Below, in pieces: positions 60,013-64,000 of a DNA stretch of 64,000 nt. The stretch comes from Thermoanaerobaculaceae bacterium. Lineage in GTDB: Bacteria > Acidobacteriota > Thermoanaerobaculia > Multivoradales > UBA5704. The stretch's first letter is position 1, and the number at the start of each line of letters is the position of its first letter. The stretch spans positions 64,065-128,064 of the forward strand of contig CAVZUZ010000010.1 in NCBI GenBank assembly GCA_963778565.1, written 5' to 3'. The notes under the pieces were generated by a model, which was not told the DNA's origin, ran no database searches, and saw only the letters and a program-made list of their open reading frames with translations. The translations under genes were made by a program, and so were the position numbers.

Positions 60013-63000
60013 CTACCGAAAGCCGAGCCGCACGCCGAAACGGTAGACGCGGGGGCTCAGGATCTCGAGCACGTGGTCGGAGTTGTTCCGGGCCAGCACG
60101 CCCTGCCGCTGCAGGACGTACGATTCATTGAAAGCGTTGAACACGTCGACGCTGAGCGTCAGCTCGAATTCGCTGACGTAGAAGTTGATCTCCTTCTCCA
60201 GCCGCAGGTCGACGACGTGGATGTCCGGATGGCGGAAGGCATCGGGATCCGCTTGTACGGGGATGTCGATGCCCGAGCCTGCGCTGTCGGAGATCGTCGC
60301 GCGGTTGACGCGGTTGACGTAGCGCAGCGGATAGCCCTGGCGGCCGGTCAGGTTCGCCGCGACGTTGAAGCCCCAGGGGTAGTCGTAGGCGATCTGATAC
60401 ATGCCGTTCAGGCTGTAGGACCACCCGCCGTTGATGAACACGTTGCCGGAGCCCTGGAGCACCTCGGTGCCGTCCACGACGCCGCCGGCAATGCCGTCGG
60501 TCGGATCCTCGTTCTCGCCGTCCGGAATCTTCCAGGTCCAGTCCTGCCACGAGACATTGCCGCGCATCATCCAGCGGTTGGAGAGGCGCTTGTTGAAGGT
60601 CAGCGACGCGCCGAGGAACTCCTGCTCGCGATCGCCGTTCTCCAGGCGGAAGCCGTTGCGGGTGCTCACACCCGGACGCAGCTCCCAGTAGTGGACCGTA
60701 TAGGTGCGGCCGTCAGGAGCTACGGCGGTCGTGGTTTGCTTGACGTAGTCGCTTCTCCGGTGGACGCGGCCGACGCTGTCGAGGAATCCGGCGGCGAAGG
60801 GATCGTCGGTGTCGAAGACCAGCCGTTCAGTCTCGAGCATGTGGGTCAGCCGGCGGGCGTTCAGGTTGAGCCCGACGACGAGCTCAGGAAGGAAGGCGTG
60901 CTCGACGCCGAGCAGCACCTCGTCGGTGATCGGGGCGCCGAGATCCGGATCGACGTCGAAGGATTGCAGCGGCTGGAGCGTGAGCGGATTGACGTTGGGG
61001 CTGGGCGGCAGGACCTCGGGTCCGATCTCGTCCCGCTCCAACGTCGGTCCGCCGGCGTTGGTGGTGAGGAAGTAGCGGTAGCTGAACCCGCCGAGCGGGT
61101 TGAGCCAGCCAACCGTGCCGGTGCCGAGCTGGTCGGCGAACCGCGAGTAGCTGGCCCGCAGCAGCGTCTTGCGCTCCGCCCCGAGCGTATAGGTCAAACC
61201 TAGACGCGGCGCAATGTCGCTCCAGGTGAAGCCGGCGTTCGCGCCGGCGTAGCGACCCTCGGGCAGCAGCTCGGGTACGATCAGGTTGGCGCGAGCGACG
61301 GAGGCGAGGTTTTCTCCCGTCTGGCGGTCCCACCGCAGGCCGGCGTTGGCCGTGAGGTTGCCGACCGTAAGGGTGTCCTGGAGGTAGACGCTCGTGTACT
61401 CGGCCTTGATTTGAGGATTGGCGTCGCGCGCCAGCACCAGCAGGCGGCGTCCGCCGAGGTCCATCTCGAAGCCGCCGCCGGGCCAGCGGAGCAGGCTCGA
61501 AGACTCGGCCGTGCGATACCTGGCCCCGTACTTCAGCTCATGGGAAAGGCCGCCGGTGTTGAAGAAGCTCGAGGCGTCGAGCTTGCCCTGCTCCTGCGGA
61601 CGCTCGCTCTGCTGCAGAAGGAAGCTGTTGTGCCACCGCAGATCCTGGTCGCGATAGGACAGGGCCTCGCCGCCCTCGGGGACGAGCTGAGAGCCACTGT
61701 TGACCCGCGAATACATTCCGGTGAGGTAGAACGTGCTGGTAAAGATCTGGGTGTCTTCCACCTTCCAAGTCGTGGGCTCGTCGCCGAAGCCGGACTGGTC
61801 CCAGGTAGTCTCCTGAGGGCGTAGCGGGCCGGCGTTGCGGCCGTTCTCGATCTTGTCGCTCTGCCAGGCGAAGAAGGTGGCGGAGTTGAAGGCCGCGATT
61901 TGCGCGTTCAGCTTGGCGTTCCAGTCCACCAGCGTCGTCCGGTCGCTGAAGTCGCCGATCGTCAGCAGGTCGGTTTCCGGCCTGGCGTAGGAGCCCCAGA
62001 TCCAGAGGCGATCCCTGACGAGCGGTCCTCCGAGCTCTGCACCCTGGTCGACGATCCGCTCGACGCGGTTGCCCTGCGTGAAAGGCTCCTGGGGATGGTT
62101 GCCGTTCCAGGGGCCGGCCTGTGCGAGGTCGCCGCGATCCAAAGAGAGGTCCGATTGCGTACTCTCGTCCATCATCATGTAGCGGGCGGAGCCGCGCCAC
62201 TCGTTGGTGCCGCGCTTGGTCACCACGTTGAGCACTACGCCGCCGGTGGCGAGAGTGGCGTCGCTGCCGCCGGTCGTCACCTGCAGCTCCTCGGAAGCGT
62301 CGAAGTCGTAGTAGCCGGGTGAGGAGCCGAGGGCCGACATGTCGGTCATCACCACGCCGTCGAGCGACCACACCGCCTGCTGGCCGCTGGAGCCCGGGCC
62401 GACGTAGCGCGCCTGCTGGCCGCTCTCGTTGCCGCCGACGTTGATGCGGTCCGTCAACACCCCTGGAGTCGATTGCAGCACGGCCCAGGGATCGCGGGCC
62501 GAGGGAATCTTCTCCAGCTCGGTCTGGGAAACGGTCGCGCCGCTGCTGATCCGGCGTTCATCCAGGAGCGGGCTTTCTGCGGTGACGGCGATCACCTCTG
62601 ACACGCCGGTCGAAGCAGCCGCGTAGGATGCCATCGGCACGTCGCGCGGCGCGTTGACCGGCAGCACGCAACGCACCGGCTCGACGCCGGCAGGCGCCGT
62701 CGGTGTCACATCCACGGCGACCAGGCTGGTGTAGTCCGTCACCAGGTTGTGGCGCAGACCGAGCGCGAGGACGTCCTGCCGCACCTTCTCCCGATCGGCT
62801 CCTTGCCGCAGGCTGTCCGTCAGCGCCTGGATTTTTCTCCGCGCCCACAGCTTGTCGATGCCGGCTCCCTTGATTTCGCCGGCGACGGGGAAGGAGTCCT
62901 GCCAGGTCTCGCCGCCGCGCATCCCGGAGACCGCCACCGGCCCCGAACCGTCCGCGAGGCGAGCCGCAACCACCAGCGGCTCGCCCAGGTAGAGGTCCGG

Positions 63001-64000
63001 AATGCGCTCGGGCCAGGCCTCGGCGGATGCGTCGTTCCACTGCACGTCGATCTGCTGGAGCATGGGAGCTTCGAGCTTGGCAAACAGCTCTCCCATGGCC
63101 GCCGCCACCTTCGCCTCGTCATCGATCTGCGTGAACGTTCCGCGGCCGAGCTCCGCCAGCCGGCGCAGGAGCGCAGCATTGGGGGCCGAGCCGATGGCGA
63201 TCGGAAACAGCCGGCGATCGCCGGTGTTCTGGTCGAGAAACTTGACCACGTCGGCTTCGTCTCCAAGCTGGCCGTCCGTGGCGAAGATCACCTGCGGTAC
63301 GAGGCCGGTGAGGGCCGGTTTCCGGAAGGCGATCTGCAGCGCCGGCAGCATCTGGGTGCCGCCGTTGATTCCGAGCCCGGCGACGAAGCGGCGGGCCTTC
63401 GCGATGGTCTCGGGCGTCGCCGCGACGCTCTCCGGGAAGACCGAGCTGGCCGTGGTGCTGAACTCGATGACGTTGAACCCGTCGCCGGGCTGCAGCCGGC
63501 CGAGGGCCAGGAGAAGCGCTTGCCGCGCCTGCTCGAGCTTGGTTCCCGACATCGAGCCCGAGGTGTCGATGATGAAATGCGTCTCCCGTGGCAGGCGCAT
63601 TGCCGAGGCTTCCGGCGCGTCCGGCGGCATCACCATGAGCAGCGCGTAGCGCTCGCCGTCCACCTCCTCCGAGTAGAAGACCGCCCGCGGCTCGCGGCCG
63701 ACGGCGGGAGCCCACTCCAGGATCAAGTCGGAGTCGGCGGGCGCCACCCCTTTCGCGAGGTCCACGGCGTAGCGGAGCTGCTTTCCCTGCGCCACCGTGA
63801 TCCTATGGCTCGGGCTCTCCACCTTGGCCAGCGGAAACCCGGGATTGAGGTCGGCGTGGAAAGAGAACAGGTTGATCGGCGGCGAGCCGCGCAGGAGCAC
63901 CGGGGGCAGCAGGAGCGCGTCTCCGGCGGTGGTCTCCCTCGTCTCGGTCCACGGCGATACGACCATGGGGAATCGCAAGGAGAATTTCCCCGCCGCATAG
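60013..64000 (-). CDS. VIT/vWA domains fused to a TonB-dependent-receptor-like plug and barrel (paralog 3); 5' end lies outside the window
   Basis: The frame stays open to position 64000 (…YAAGKFSLRFPMVVSPW is VIT-like). The vWA MIDAS motif IIDTSGSMSG..L is followed by ...FATDG.... TDYTSLVAVD is the typical end of VIT-vWA proteins. From about 62600 the sequence is colinear with paralogs 1 and 2 (AESPLLDERR...IPSARDPWAVLQSTPGV...) down to ...RFGVRLGFR. Confidence 0.85.
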   Translation of the reverse strand, partial: YAAGKFSLRFPMVVSPWTETRETTAGDALLLPPVLLRGSPPINLFSFHADLNPGFPLAKVESPSHRITVAQGKQLRYAVDLAKGVAPADSDLILEWAPAVGREPRAVFYSEEVDGERYALLMVMPPDAPEASAMRLPRETHFIIDTSGSMSGTKLEQARQALLLALGRLQPGDGFNVIEFSTTASSVFPESVAATPETIAKARRFVAGLGINGGTQMLPALQIAFRKPALTGLVPQVIFATDGQLGDEADVVKFLDQNTGDRRLFPIAIGSAPNAALLRRLAELGRGTFTQIDDEAKVAAAMGELFAKLEAPMLQQIDVQWNDASAEAWPERIPDLYLGEPLVVAARLADGSGPVAVSGMRGGETWQDSFPVAGEIKGAGIDKLWARRKIQALTDSLRQGADREKVRQDVLALGLRHNLVTDYTSLVAVDVTPTAPAGVEPVRCVLPVNAPRDVPMASYAAASTGVSEVIAVTAESPLLDERRISSGATVSQTELEKIPSARDPWAVLQSTPGVLTDRINVGGNESGQQARYVGPGSSGQQAVWSLDGVVMTDMSALGSSPGYYDFDASEELQVTTGGSDATLATGGVVLNVVTKRGTNEWRGSARYMMMDESTQSDLSLDRGDLAQAGPWNGNHPQEPFTQGNRVERIVDQGAELGGPLVRDRLWIWGSYARPETDLLTIGDFSDRTTLVDWNAKLNAQIAAFNSATFFAWQSDKIENGRNAGPLRPQETTWDQSGFGDEPTTWKVEDTQIFTSTFYLTGMYSRVNSGSQLVPEGGEALSYRDQDLRWHNSFLLQQSERPQEQGKLDASSFFNTGGLSHELKYGARYRTAESSSLLRWPGGGFEMDLGGRRLLVLARDANPQIKAEYTSVYLQDTLTVGNLTANAGLRWDRQTGENLASVARANLIVPELLPEGRYAGANAGFTWSDIAPRLGLTYTLGAERKTLLRASYSRFADQLGTGTVGWLNPLGGFSYRYFLTTNAGGPTLERDEIGPEVLPPSPNVNPLTLQPLQSFDVDPDLGAPITDEVLLGVEHAFLPELVVGLNLNARRLTHMLETERLVFDTDDPFAAGFLDSVGRVHRRSDYVKQTTTAVAPDGRTYTVHYWELRPGVSTRNGFRLENGDREQEFLGASLTFNKRLSNRWMMRGNVSWQDWTWKIPDGENEDPTDGIAGGVVDGTEVLQGSGNVFINGGWSYSLNGMYQIAYDYPWGFNVAANLTGRQGYPLRYVNRVNRATISDSAGSGIDIPVQADPDAFRHPDIHVVDLRLEKEINFYVSEFELTLSVDVFNAFNESYVLQRQGVLARNNSDHVLEILSPRVYRFGVRLGFR

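Overview
High-G+C bacterial chromosomal segment. G+C was judged by eye, not computed. The lineage is probably Acidobacteriota-like. That is an inference from three large paralogous TonB-dependent-receptor-like outer-membrane genes and the general gene content.

Core genes recognised from the translations: rph, pta, purD, pdxA, a PSP1/RicT-like gene, queD, gltA, fur, dapF and the trmFO-xerC-hslV-hslU block. Also present: a DUF4331/DUF4198/ECF-sigma/anti-sigma cluster, a MacAB-like efflux cluster, and a Fur-linked FTR1-DUF2318/FtsX/ABC iron-uptake cluster.

Three visibly lower-G+C accessory patches interrupt this backbone:
1. About 14.9-21.7 kb: an island with a translationally coupled SNF2-helicase operon of unknown function, toxin-antitoxin (TA) modules and gene remnants. 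It is bracketed by inverted paralogous CPXCG zinc-ribbon genes.
2. About 34.4-37.8 kb: a ~0.8 kb head-to-head array of degenerate 41-nt palindrome-rich repeats, followed by two TA modules and an ArsR/SRPBCC pair.
3. About 54.8-60.0 kb: a full-length group II intron immediately upstream of trmFO, two more TA modules and an orphan LytTR regulator.

Other notable points:
- Sigma-54-type promoters with IHF-like sites precede two tandem receptor paralogs.
- A third receptor paralog is fused to VIT/vWA domains.
- An ABC ATPase is fused to a DtxR-like domain.
- At least three families of intergenic palindromic repeats are present.
- Roughly 35 single-base frameshifts are distributed very unevenly. 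gltA has about ten, while several 3-4 kb genes have none. I cannot tell whether these are assembly indels or real decay.

No rRNA, tRNA or CRISPR array was seen by eye. All family assignments come from motif and sequence recognition without database searches.
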